In this document: positions 1 to 7,727 of the stretch, piece by piece | Layout: each line of letters opens with the position of its first letter | Numbering within the stretch: position 1 is the stretch's first letter | DNA from: an uncultured virus (IMG/VR IMGVR_UViG_3300025084_000015) | Lineage: Duplodnaviria > Heunggongvirae > Uroviricota > Caudoviricetes | Virus record (IMG/VR): IMGVR_UViG_3300025084_000015 | Direction: 5' to 3' (one strand) | DNA: 64,000 bases | The notes under the pieces: generated by a model | Told to the model about the DNA's origin: nothing | Databases searched by the model: none | Seen by the model: only the letters and a program-made list of their open reading frames with translations | Translations under genes and position numbers: made by a program

Positions 1-76
1 GAACCGAACAAGCCGAAGCATCCGACAGCTTGCCGCTTGGCGTGGTTTCTGTGGTTTCTGTATTTTCGTTTTTCAT
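1..76 (-). CDS. Partial hypothetical protein (N-terminus only; runs off window start)
   Basis: ATG at 76 opens MKNENTETTETTPSGKLSDASACSV...; TTGACA-17bp-TAGGTT promoter-like sequence just upstream (126..98). Confidence 0.45.
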   Translation of the reverse strand, partial: MKNENTETTETTPSGKLSDASACSV

Positions 77-134
77 AATTTTCCTTGGTGGATGTGCAAC
101 CTACCAGAAAATAGGGTGAATGTCAAGGTTTATT

Positions 135-470
135 TTAACGTTCGCGGGTGTTAACTGCTTTGCCGTGGCTTTGGTGGGTGTTCTCCAAAGAAACTGGATC
201 GTAGGTTTTTTCAAAGATTGCAGGTTTGCACGGGTAAAACTCACCCTCTACACCCTTGATGATCCAGTCACCAATGTTGGCAAGGTGTTCGCCTTCAAGC
301 GTCTTGATGACTAACCCCCCTTCAACCTTGCTGTGATCTATGTAGAAATTAATGCCATCCGTCGCCATGTGACTTCGGTGCGTTCCGTCTAGGAATTCAA
401 ACATGGGTCTGTGAGAACTTCCGTCCCATTCAAGGGCTTCGATTATTACTGGTTTCTTTTGGTATTTCAT
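135..470 (-). CDS. Conserved phage hypothetical protein (MKYxKKPVVIEA...GDWIIKGVxGEFYPCKPxIF family)
   Basis: Recognisable widespread phage family motifs at N- and C-terminus. Confidence 0.8.
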   Translation of the reverse strand: MKYQKKPVIIEALEWDGSSHRPMFEFLDGTHRSHMATDGINFYIDHSKVEGGLVIKTLEGEHLANIGDWIIKGVEGEFYPCKPAIFEKTYDPVSLENTHQSHGKAVNTRER

Positions 471-509
471 AAGTTATAAGTTGTAAAAAATAATAACTTC
501 ATAATTTAA

Positions 510-764
510 TTAAGTTAATTGGTACGTACCCGGTTTAATTCTATTAAGCTTAGAGATTGTTGTATCAGGAAGGAAAGTAGCTATATCACTTAGCTTATAC
601 CCTATAGCGATATAAGGACCTCCATCGGGATCAATTGCATCTATATCATCACCCTCTCCTATAAATCTTACAAAGCGAGTTTCTTTAAGATCTACATACC
701 ATTTAGAATCTTCACAAAAGAAAATTCTAGAGTCTCCATATCGAGATTTTACTACTTGCTTCAT
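510..764 (-). CDS. Hypothetical protein
   Basis: 84-aa ORF with DPDGGPYI motif, co-oriented with neighbours. Confidence 0.6.
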   Translation of the reverse strand: MKQVVKSRYGDSRIFFCEDSKWYVDLKETRFVRFIGEGDDIDAIDPDGGPYIAIGYKLSDIATFLPDTTISKLNRIKPGTYQLT

Positions 765-767
765 ATC

Positions 768-911
768 TTAACGTCCTTGCTTGTACCAATCATCCCAATC
801 GGGATTAGTCTTTACAGTAACTTTTCCATCTTTAGATACTGCAATAAATCCCCAGTGAGCTACCATAGTAACCACACCATATCCTGTAAAATCTCCTTTT
901 TTTATAATCAT
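768..911 (-). CDS. Small hypothetical protein (47 aa)
   Basis: Read manually: MIIKKGDFTGYGVVTMVAHWGFIAVSKDGKVTVKTNPDWDDWYKQGR; fills the gap between flanking genes. Confidence 0.5.
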   Translation of the reverse strand: MIIKKGDFTGYGVVTMVAHWGFIAVSKDGKVTVKTNPDWDDWYKQGR

Positions 912-919
912 ATTCTAAT

Positions 920-1603
920 TTAGTGTGTAATTAAACAATTCGGCTCACCATTCCACAAAGAAACTTCCCAAGCTCTCCGCTTAACTAAACCTTTTTTAAT
1001 TTTGCCAGCTGCATTACGATAAAGAGGCATGATTTTTTCTACACTTTTATAGTTTCCATCGTTAAGACGGTTAGGGCTATTAATCAATTCTTTGAGATTA
1101 GTAAGGCCTAAGTTGTATGTAAAAGAAGTAAGAGCACACAGCTGATATTCAGTTAGTGGCACTTTAACTTCCTTTTTCACTTTCTCACGTACAGAACGTA
1201 ATTCATTTAATAAAAGAGCAGAAGCTTTATCTTGAGTAATCACTCCAATATTAACAATTTTTTTGTCTGTACACCCATAACCAATAGTCTTAACACCAGC
1301 ACAACAGTAGTATGATTTACTTTTGAATCCTTCAAAAAATTTAACGCCTTTCAACATTTCATTGTGAAAATCGTAATTAGGTTTAGGTTTTAAAGGAACA
1401 ACATTTGGTTTAACAAGCAGAGGTTCTTTTCTAACACGCATTTCAATAGAATGATTTACGTAAATAAAATTTGGCTTAACGAGAAGAGGAGTCATTTCCC
1501 TAATAGTCTCAATTTCTTTTACGGTCTCAATGACTTTTGGTTTTCGGTCGAAATAAAAACCAGCTGCGATAATAGCAGTAATAATAATTAGTGTGTTTTT
1601 CAT
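920..1603 (-). CDS. GH24 phage lysozyme/endolysin with N-terminal hydrophobic anchor
   Basis: FEGFKSKSYYCCAGVKTIGYG (E-8aa-C-5aa-T catalytic triad), ALTSFTYNLG, GLVKRRAWE; N-terminal LIIITAIIAAGFYF. Confidence 0.85.
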   Translation of the reverse strand: MKNTLIIITAIIAAGFYFDRKPKVIETVKEIETIREMTPLLVKPNFIYVNHSIEMRVRKEPLLVKPNVVPLKPKPNYDFHNEMLKGVKFFEGFKSKSYYCCAGVKTIGYGCTDKKIVNIGVITQDKASALLLNELRSVREKVKKEVKVPLTEYQLCALTSFTYNLGLTNLKELINSPNRLNDGNYKSVEKIMPLYRNAAGKIKKGLVKRRAWEVSLWNGEPNCLITH

Positions 1604-1604
1604 A

Positions 1605-1817
1605 TTATATAGAAAGTACTCGTTGATCGATGACTGGGTCGATTTCAGTTAAGTGTTTTACGTAATCGTTAAGGTCGTCGACGAGGTTTACCACATTTTG
1701 AATTGTTCCAGCATCGTCATCTGGAGGAAGATTATAATTTACGATTGCGTAAACTTTCTGGGCGATTTCAATTTTTTCCTGTCTGAGTTTTTTCCACTCT
1801 TCAATTTCTTTGGTCAT
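1605..1817 (-). CDS. Hypothetical protein, paralog of 12167..12364
   Basis: Shared V(N/H)xxxPPxxDDxGxxxNxxNLxxDL; directly downstream of repeated promoter. Confidence 0.65.
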   Translation of the reverse strand: MTKEIEEWKKLRQEKIEIAQKVYAIVNYNLPPDDDAGTIQNVVNLVDDLNDYVKHLTEIDPVIDQRVLSI

Positions 1818-1945
1818 ATGGTAGTTTCTTGCTTTATTCTAGTAATATTCTACCATAAAAAATGACTACTGTACATACTTTTTTTACAAAAAATGCACTT
1901 TTTTTAATCTGTAATACAGATTTTGGTGTTCATTTGAACAATTAA
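1818..1945 (-). promoter_or_regulatory. Repeated early-promoter cassette (-35 TGTACA 1875..1870, 17 bp, -10 TAGAAT 1852..1847; A-tract UP element; two palindromes)
   Basis: Same architecture recurs at >=10 sites; palindromes AATCTGTAATACAGATT (1906..1922) and TGTTC-ATTT-GAACA (1927..1940). Confidence 0.8.
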
Positions 1946-1948
1946 CCT

Positions 1949-2098
1949 CTAAAAAGGTTTATGCTCCTTAATATACTTAGTGCACGTTTTAGTACCTTTT
2001 TCGTCGTATTCAAACCACCATTCTTCGGTATATCCAAATCTTCGGACAATTCTGTATGTGATGCGACCTAAGTCGTCTAAGTGAAAATTTTCAAACAT
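1949..2098 (-). CDS. Small hypothetical protein (49 aa)
   Basis: Read manually: MFENFHLDDLGRITYRIVRRFGYTEEWWFEYDEKGTKTCTKYIKEHKPF. Confidence 0.5.
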   Translation of the reverse strand: MFENFHLDDLGRITYRIVRRFGYTEEWWFEYDEKGTKTCTKYIKEHKPF

Positions 2099-2101
2099 AA
2101 T

Positions 2102-2260
2102 TTACCAGTGTCTAATTGTATTTGCGATGATAAAACCGCATGTTGTAATATGCACAAACCACCAAAAGGTTCTAATAAGAGCAGCGATGTCGGCTTCTCG
2201 TGAATCTGCACTCACCTTTTCTCCCATAGTTTTACACCATATTCTCCATAATTTATTCAT
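2102..2260 (-). CDS. Small membrane protein of a type common in marine T4-like phages (52 aa)
   Basis: Read manually: MNKLWRIWCKTMGEKVSADSREADIAALIRTFWWFVHITTCGFIIANTIRHW. Confidence 0.65.
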   Translation of the reverse strand: MNKLWRIWCKTMGEKVSADSREADIAALIRTFWWFVHITTCGFIIANTIRHW

Positions 2261-2472
2261 TAATCAAGTTGTTTCTCAATAACAGTATGCACCTCTCGTC
2301 TAATTAAAACTGTCGGATCGTTGTAAAAATTGCTGTCGTGAATTCTTTTTGCGTTATACTTCCAATATACTAAAGCTTCTTCTGCGTGACTAAACTCTGG
2401 TGTGTTTGCAACAGGTTCACACGAAAAACCTCGATCTCTTGCTATTTTGTAAAATTGTTTGTAGCTTTTCAT
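2260..2472 (-). CDS. Hypothetical protein
   Basis: 70-aa ORF, tightly packed; begins MKSYKQF. Confidence 0.55.
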   Translation of the reverse strand: MKSYKQFYKIARDRGFSCEPVANTPEFSHAEEALVYWKYNAKRIHDSNFYNDPTVLIRREVHTVIEKQLD

Positions 2473-2473
2473 T

Positions 2474-3712
2474 TTAGAACTCGAGCTTAATAGCTCTTGA
2501 AGTACCAGCTAAGCCGAGGTATACACTCTTGTTTTTGACTAGTGCTGCTGTAGAATATCCGGTTCCAAGACTCATGATTCCTGATCCTGCTTTGACTGTT
2601 GGGTGTCCATCCATAAATTCGTATTCGTAATCTTTCCACTGAATTTCATTGGTGTGCGGATTAATCCTAAAGCATTTGGTGTCAGCCCAGAAAGCGCTGT
2701 AAACCCAACCATCAGGCCCTAAAAATCCGTGAAAGTTTTTATTCTTGTTTGCCACCTTCAAATAATCTGCTGGAAGGTCAACTTCTTCGTATGTGTCGTC
2801 AACACAATTAATGATTAAGATTTTTTTACCACATCTTGGTAAACAGAATACTTTATCAACGGCTTCAACATAAATTGCTCCGACATATTTGTGGGTCCAT
2901 CCGGAAACTCCAGAAGTAGCAGGAGGACCTTCAAGGTATTTAAAAACACCATTCTTATCAATCTTAGCAACACTAGAACCTAGAACTTGAGGCATGTAAA
3001 TCTCTCCTTTTTTATCTGTAGCTGCTCCCCAAATATGGTTGCAACCACCAATTCCACTTCGTTTAGGTTTTTCGGGAGTAAATGATGTAGTCTCTCCAGT
3101 CTTAGTATCGTAGGTGTATATTTTAAGAGTTCTAGTATAGGATGGCATATAAATGACACCGTTCTTTCCTTCAGCTCCAGATCTAACTTGAGGTGTTGAA
3201 GGAAATTTGTTTTCGAGAGTAAGTTTGCCAGTTTGTCTTTCTAATTTGCCGATAGAAGTTGAGTAAGCAGGCATGAAATATGTAATTCCGTTAGACGCGT
3301 CTACTGTACCAATGAAGCCTTTATGGCCTGGCATCTCGCGTGATATGCTCCCTAAAAGCGTATCAGTTTTAATGTGCATGTCAGACTTATAACCAAGTGA
3401 GTGAATGACGTTAAAGTCATCTAACGCCATTGTCCGAGTTTTCGTCAGATTTCCTACGATCTCCCCTGAGAGATATTTGAAGCTTGGCCATGATTTGGTT
3501 AAGCCACGAGAAAAAAAACCCTGGGTAGGTTTGGGACATGGCCATGTCCCTCTTTGCTTGGTAGGTTTGGATTCAGCACTAGATTCAGCACTGCTGTATT
3601 CTGCACTAGAAACTTCTTCTGCTTTTGGAATAGCGGTTTTCAGCCCTTCTAATTCTTTGATGGAATCTTGAAGATTTTCGATTATTTTGCTGATCTTATC
3701 TGTCGCTTTCAT
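2474..3712 (-). CDS. Probable beta-propeller protein, late-expressed
   Basis: Repeated GxxxxxNGxIYxMP-type blades (GTVDASNGITYFMP, GAEGKNGVIYMP, GAATDKKGEIYMP, GFLGPDGWVYSAF); TATAAATA at 3726..3719. Confidence 0.6.
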   Translation of the reverse strand: MKATDKISKIIENLQDSIKELEGLKTAIPKAEEVSSAEYSSAESSAESKPTKQRGTWPCPKPTQGFFSRGLTKSWPSFKYLSGEIVGNLTKTRTMALDDFNVIHSLGYKSDMHIKTDTLLGSISREMPGHKGFIGTVDASNGITYFMPAYSTSIGKLERQTGKLTLENKFPSTPQVRSGAEGKNGVIYMPSYTRTLKIYTYDTKTGETTSFTPEKPKRSGIGGCNHIWGAATDKKGEIYMPQVLGSSVAKIDKNGVFKYLEGPPATSGVSGWTHKYVGAIYVEAVDKVFCLPRCGKKILIINCVDDTYEEVDLPADYLKVANKNKNFHGFLGPDGWVYSAFWADTKCFRINPHTNEIQWKDYEYEFMDGHPTVKAGSGIMSLGTGYSTAALVKNKSVYLGLAGTSRAIKLEF

Positions 3713-3734
3713 ATAATTTATTTATACATTTAAA

Positions 3735-3810
3735 TGGTGCGCCCGGCTGGACTCGAACCAGCGACCAAGGGTTTATGAGACCCCTGCTCTAACCACTGAG
3801 CTACAAGCGC
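3735..3810 (-). tRNA. tRNA with CAT anticodon, probably tRNA-Ile2 (lysidine) rather than Met
   Basis: Full cloverleaf GCGCTTG...CGGGCGC A CCA, loop CTCATAA; body resembles bacterial Ile2 tRNAs. Confidence 0.85.
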
Positions 3811-3816
3811 ATTTTA

Positions 3817-3975
3817 TTAATCGATACTAAATTCAATATCCCGTCGTAAATCGCGTAGATCTTCTTCAAGCTTGGAAAGCTTTTGTTCAATCATTGCTGC
3901 ATATCCTTCAGCAAATGTTAGCTTATTATCAATGCAATAATCGATTAGTTCTGGTGAATGATTAATTTCGTTCAT
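3817..3975 (-). CDS. Small hypothetical protein (52 aa)
   Basis: MNEINHSPELIDYCIDNKLTFAEGYAAMIEQKLSKLEEDLRDLRRDIEFSID between the two tRNAs. Confidence 0.5.
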   Translation of the reverse strand: MNEINHSPELIDYCIDNKLTFAEGYAAMIEQKLSKLEEDLRDLRRDIEFSID

Positions 3976-3999
3976 AAATTTTTATTAATGTTTTTTTAA

Positions 4000-4085
4000 T
4001 GGTAGCTCGGGCGGGGATCGAACCCGCACGATCTAGGATCAATGGATTTTAAATCCACAGCGTCTACCAATTCCGCCACCGAGCC
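4000..4085 (-). tRNA. tRNA-Leu(TAA)
   Basis: Cloverleaf with long variable arm, loop TTTAAAA, T arm GCGGG TTCGATC CCCGC, 3' ACCA. Confidence 0.9.
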
Positions 4086-4195
4086 ATGTTTTTATACTGC
4101 CATTAAAAAGGTGCCTATAGCTAAACAACTTAAGCCACCTAGGATTAGTTTCAATATAAAACTAATAGCTTCTATAATAGTTTCGTGTTCCATAA

Positions 4196-5020
4196 TTAAG
4201 CAGCTAGAATTTCAAAACCTCTTTTTGAAAGAGTGTTAGAAACGGTAAGCTCATGCACAAGTTTTTCAGGTGTCTTTTTACCTTTGTGCGTTTCGTATTC
4301 AGTAATAGCATTAAGCGCATCCCACCTAGTGCGGCCTGAGTTTCCAAGACCTCTGCTAAATAGATGCAGAAGCTCTGCTCTTTTATTCACTCGGTTTGTA
4401 GACTCATCCTTTTTTACTGGAATAAGATTTTCAGATAGGTTTTCCATATCTTTTCTAGTATACGATAAACCCTTTAGTCTTTCAATAACTGAGCTAAACT
4501 GTCTAGCTCTATTTACTGAGTTGACAATATTATCAGTCATTGCTTCAACCTTATGATCGAAGTTAGTGTTATGCAAACTTCGGTTTGAAGCATCAGATTT
4601 AATTAAATGAAACGCATTCATACAAGCAATTCTCTCAGTTGAAGGAATAGTTTTATTAGAACCTTTACCACTGTTATCAATAACAGTGTAAAAATATGGC
4701 TTCAAGATATCACCGTCAACGTTAATATCTTCAGCCAATTTAGATTGAATGACGACTTGTCGACCTTTCCTAGCGAATGCATAAGCAACATGATTAATAT
4801 CGCCAACATTTTTTGAAGCAGTGCTAAGGATATCAATCATTTCATCCATTTGGATTGGTCGATAGTTTTCCTTAACCATACCTAAATGTTCGTTATTATC
4901 ACCTCGCTGAAGTGAATAAGTGTTAGGAATTTCGCGATTATTTGCGTCAAAAACTTTTACCTTTTCAACGTTGAATTGCGGTACCTGATCAAGTGTGTCA
5001 ATTTGTTTAAAGAATCCCAT
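4196..5020 (-). CDS. DUF932-like phage/plasmid protein
   Basis: LGMVKENYRPIQ, RIACMNAF, TRWDALNAITEY motifs typical of DUF932. Confidence 0.75.
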   Translation of the reverse strand: MGFFKQIDTLDQVPQFNVEKVKVFDANNREIPNTYSLQRGDNNEHLGMVKENYRPIQMDEMIDILSTASKNVGDINHVAYAFARKGRQVVIQSKLAEDINVDGDILKPYFYTVIDNSGKGSNKTIPSTERIACMNAFHLIKSDASNRSLHNTNFDHKVEAMTDNIVNSVNRARQFSSVIERLKGLSYTRKDMENLSENLIPVKKDESTNRVNKRAELLHLFSRGLGNSGRTRWDALNAITEYETHKGKKTPEKLVHELTVSNTLSKRGFEILAA

Positions 5021-5047
5021 AATATATTTTTTCTACTTTTTGTTTTT

Positions 5048-5437
5048 TTACTTGTTGAATAATTTTAGCGTATCAACTGAAATTTTGTATGCTCGGCCGT
5101 TGTAATCTTCAATTTCAATAGGTGATTTTCGGGCTCTGCTGTTATAACCTTTTAGTGCAAAAAACTTATCTTGGACTTTGATATCATCACCTACTGACAA
5201 ATTTCCTAGTCCAATAGCGTCTCGAATCGTCTCCCATGCTTTAGCTTCCTTAGTTTTTACGTTTCCGCTAGTATCAATGGCGTTAGCTTTAACCTTAAAA
5301 ACGATCTCCTCTGCAGAGAACCTAGCGTTTCCTGTAGAAATCTTAATTCCATATTGCTTTTCTACTTTTGCGAGAGCGGCATCCATAGCTACCCTGATTT
5401 CTTTTACTGACGACTTATCGAATTGACTTAGTTTCAT
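5048..5437 (-). CDS. Hypothetical protein (early)
   Basis: Start re-assigned to ATG 5437 (MKLSQFDK) because the longer ORF overlaps the promoter -10. Confidence 0.65.
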   Translation of the reverse strand: MKLSQFDKSSVKEIRVAMDAALAKVEKQYGIKISTGNARFSAEEIVFKVKANAIDTSGNVKTKEAKAWETIRDAIGLGNLSVGDDIKVQDKFFALKGYNSRARKSPIEIEDYNGRAYKISVDTLKLFNK

Positions 5438-5454
5438 AATATAGTTTGTTTTTT

Positions 5455-5510
5455 GTTTCTGATAGTATTCTACCATAAAAAACGGCAGTTGTACATATTT
5501 TTTTACAGAT
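5455..5510 (-). promoter_or_regulatory. Repeated early promoter (TGTACA 5495..5490, TAGAAT 5472..5467)
   Basis: 17-bp spacer, near-identical to copies at 1850 and 41300. Confidence 0.75.
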
Positions 5511-5523
5511 AATTAGACTTTAA

Positions 5524-6012
5524 TTATCGCGAAGGATTTGCTTTGAGCCAAGCTTCGATTTTAGACGATCCGAGAATTTCTCCATCAACCGTGGTGTACA
5601 CTGTTTCAAGATGGTTGTAATAGCCCTCAAAATTAAGGCATGTGACAGACTTTTTTACAGCGATTTTTGGGTGTAAAGAGCTGGTTTCAGCCGTTTGCGT
5701 GATATCAAGGAAGAAACCATCTAGACATTCTGCACTCGTAACCCATGTTGGTGGATCCCAAGACTCAACATTTTCGTATGGGTCTTCAACAACTTCCTGG
5801 TGTCTAACTTTTTCCGTAAAATAGTCGTCTTCGCTTTCAATAGCTTTGATAAAGGCATCAACATCAACATCTTCCGCGAGGATATACGTCGTGCCTCCTT
5901 TAGGTTTCCAATGGTTCGGGCATTCGCCAGATCCATCCCAATCATGTGAACCATAATTTTCGTGGATTTGAGTGAAAATCTGGGTGAATTTTTCTGTAGC
6001 TGTGGTAGTCAT
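5524..6012 (-). CDS. Hypothetical protein (ENYGxHDWDGxGECPxxWKxKGG family)
   Basis: Distinctive conserved phage motif. Confidence 0.7.
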   Translation of the reverse strand: MTTTATEKFTQIFTQIHENYGSHDWDGSGECPNHWKPKGGTTYILAEDVDVDAFIKAIESEDDYFTEKVRHQEVVEDPYENVESWDPPTWVTSAECLDGFFLDITQTAETSSLHPKIAVKKSVTCLNFEGYYNHLETVYTTVDGEILGSSKIEAWLKANPSR

Positions 6013-6014
6013 AA

Positions 6015-6105
6015 TGTGGTTTCTTGCTTGATTCTGATTATATTCTAACCTATTTTTTGCGGATTGTAAATACTTTTTTTACTAAAAATGTGCTTTTTTT
6101 CAATC
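6015..6105 (-). promoter_or_regulatory. Repeated early promoter cassette (TTTACA 6070..6065, TAGAAT 6047..6042)
   Basis: ~80 bp nearly identical to 6990..7067. Confidence 0.8.
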
Positions 6106-6106
6106 T

Positions 6107-6295
6107 TTACTCACCAATTGGAGCATCCTCAACAGGCATGATCATATCCAGCACCTTCTCATAAAGCCCCGGATTCTGGTGCTTAACTCTTTCAATCACG
6201 TTAACAGCGAGTGTGATCTCGCCCATCAATACGGGCTCCTCTTTCGGAGAGAGCGCGACCTTTTTTAGTAGGTATTTTAGTTCTATTGTTTTCAT
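6107..6295 (-). CDS. Hypothetical protein
   Basis: Likely start MKTIELKY at 6295, just after upstream stop. Confidence 0.5.
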   Translation of the reverse strand: MKTIELKYLLKKVALSPKEEPVLMGEITLAVNVIERVKHQNPGLYEKVLDMIMPVEDAPIGE

Positions 6296-6296
6296 A

Positions 6297-6512
6297 TTAG
6301 AGGTAAGTGACTGGAACAACTGCGAAGTAGTTGCCTTCTCGCTGGTGTGCCCATTCGAGTTGATCTTCAGATAAGACATCCCATCCTTTAACATTAAGCA
6401 CCTTTAAAGCCTTGTGAAGCTTCTCCATTTGATGTGATACCGCTACCACGCTCTCACTATGATCCGATCCATAGTGCTTAATCAACTTGTAACATTTACT
6501 CATTTCTTTCAT
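6297..6512 (-). CDS. Hypothetical protein
   Basis: 71-aa ORF in operon. Confidence 0.55.
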   Translation of the reverse strand: MKEMSKCYKLIKHYGSDHSESVVAVSHQMEKLHKALKVLNVKGWDVLSEDQLEWAHQREGNYFAVVPVTYL

Positions 6513-6539
6513 ATCTAATTTTATATCTGATCTTTTAAA

Positions 6540-6983
6540 TTAAAGGTAAGTTCCCATAAGGCTGAGCTCGTCATTGACGTCGTCTTCAGTATATGGAACT
6601 TCTCCCCATACTCGATTGTTGTAGTTTTTTTCCTCGTGGATTGCAGCTGCAACCTCAAACATTCCAGACTCGTCAACCAATTCAGTTGGAGTCATCGCCA
6701 AAATTTCTTCCTTGAGAGAAGGTTTTTTGACAGCCTTTTTTGTACTAGGCTTGGCCTTTTTACCTTTGTTGAGGATTTTGTCGGCGAGTTCCAACATCTT
6801 ATCAACGCTGTATGTTCCTCGCTCATTTCCTCGAGCAATAGGCTTAATGAGTGGATAGGTATCATTTTCGATGAGATTGTTGCTAGTAGCAAGAGCAACA
6901 ACCGTTTTTCGTGGAATATCTCCATTGAAGGTTGAAATGAGGTTGCGGAGGAGTTGGATGTTCTTTTTGCCGTTTCTTTTCAT
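6540..6983 (-). CDS. Hypothetical early protein (basic N-half, acidic C-half)
   Basis: First ORF after a repeated promoter. Confidence 0.65.
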   Translation of the reverse strand: MKRNGKKNIQLLRNLISTFNGDIPRKTVVALATSNNLIENDTYPLIKPIARGNERGTYSVDKMLELADKILNKGKKAKPSTKKAVKKPSLKEEILAMTPTELVDESGMFEVAAAIHEEKNYNNRVWGEVPYTEDDVNDELSLMGTYL

Positions 6984-7101
6984 AGTTTCTTGTTTGATTC
7001 TGATTATATTCTAACCTATTTTCTGCGGATTGTAAATACTTTTTTTACTAAAAATGTGCTTTTTTTTGGTGTTCAGATGAATACTGGTGTTCAACTGAAC
7101 A
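6984..7101 (-). promoter_or_regulatory. Repeated early promoter cassette with tandem TGTTC-N4-GAAYA boxes
   Basis: TTTACA 7036..7031, TAGAAT 7013..7008; boxes at 7070..7083 and 7088..7101. Confidence 0.8.
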
Positions 7102-7102
7102 A

Positions 7103-7213
7103 TTAATCTTCAATTTCACTCAATTTGAGGATCTCGCGAGCGTCTTGTTCGCTGATATGACCTTTTTCAAGGGACTCTTTAAGTCTTTCTTCTAACCTTT
7201 TTTTATCTTGCAT
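7103..7213 (-). CDS. Small hypothetical protein (36 aa), probably leaderless
   Basis: MQDKKRLEERLKESLEKGHISEQDAREILKLSEIED; ATG 6 nt after TAGAAT. Confidence 0.55.
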   Translation of the reverse strand: MQDKKRLEERLKESLEKGHISEQDAREILKLSEIED

Positions 7214-7297
7214 GACTATATTCTAAGCTATTTTCTGCGGATTGTAAATACTTTTTTTACTAATAATTGCACTTTTTTTCAATCTGTATTACAGATT
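7214..7297 (-). promoter_or_regulatory. Repeated early promoter cassette with AATCTGTAATACAGATT palindrome
   Basis: TTTACA 7248..7243, TAGAAT 7225..7220; palindrome 7281..7297. Confidence 0.75.
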
Positions 7298-7591
7298 ACG
7301 GCTTTTTCCTTTAAATTCCTTTAAATCTATGGATATGCCGTCAGAAGACTCTTCAGCTAGAGCAAATTGGTCCTTTTCTGTATCAAACTGCGGTTTCTCA
7401 AAGCTCTGAAAAAGGCTAACATAATCAGTCCATTGGCTCCAAGTGTAGCTCTGTCCTTTAATATAGTACCATTCGTCTTCGTCAATTTTTAGAGCAGGAC
7501 CACTCAAATTGTGTTTGACACCATTTTTTGTGTACAGGCTATAATTGTTACCCTTTTGAACCCTGTAAATGTCCTTTTCTTTTTTGATCAT
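7289..7591 (-). CDS. Hypothetical protein with one HxxxGPA-type repeat
   Basis: KNGVKHNLSGPALKIDEDEWYYIKG. Confidence 0.6.
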   Translation of the reverse strand: MIKKEKDIYRVQKGNNYSLYTKNGVKHNLSGPALKIDEDEWYYIKGQSYTWSQWTDYVSLFQSFEKPQFDTEKDQFALAEESSDGISIDLKEFKGKSRNL

Positions 7592-7672
7592 GACTATATT
7601 CTAACCTATTTTTTGCGGTTTGTAAATACTTTTTTTACTAATAATTGCACTTTTTTGGTGTTCAAATGAACA
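7592..7672 (-). promoter_or_regulatory. Repeated early promoter cassette with TGTTC-AAAT-GAACA box
   Basis: TTTACA 7626..7621, TAGAAT 7603..7598; box 7659..7672. Confidence 0.8.
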
Positions 7673-7676
7673 TACT

Positions 7677-7703
7677 AAAAAAGCCCTGCTTTCGCAGAGC
7701 TTT
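7677..7703 (-). terminator. Probable intrinsic terminator after the porin gene
   Basis: Minus-strand AAAGCTCTGC GAAA GCAGGGCTTTTTT: GNRA-capped hairpin plus U-tract. Confidence 0.7.
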
Positions 7704-7727
7704 GATAGATTTAGTTACTTTTTTTGA

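Noticed and set aside
1906..1922. CTGT...ACAG palindrome as a gammaproteobacterial LexA box
   Set aside because: Spacer is 3 bp, not the required 8 bp
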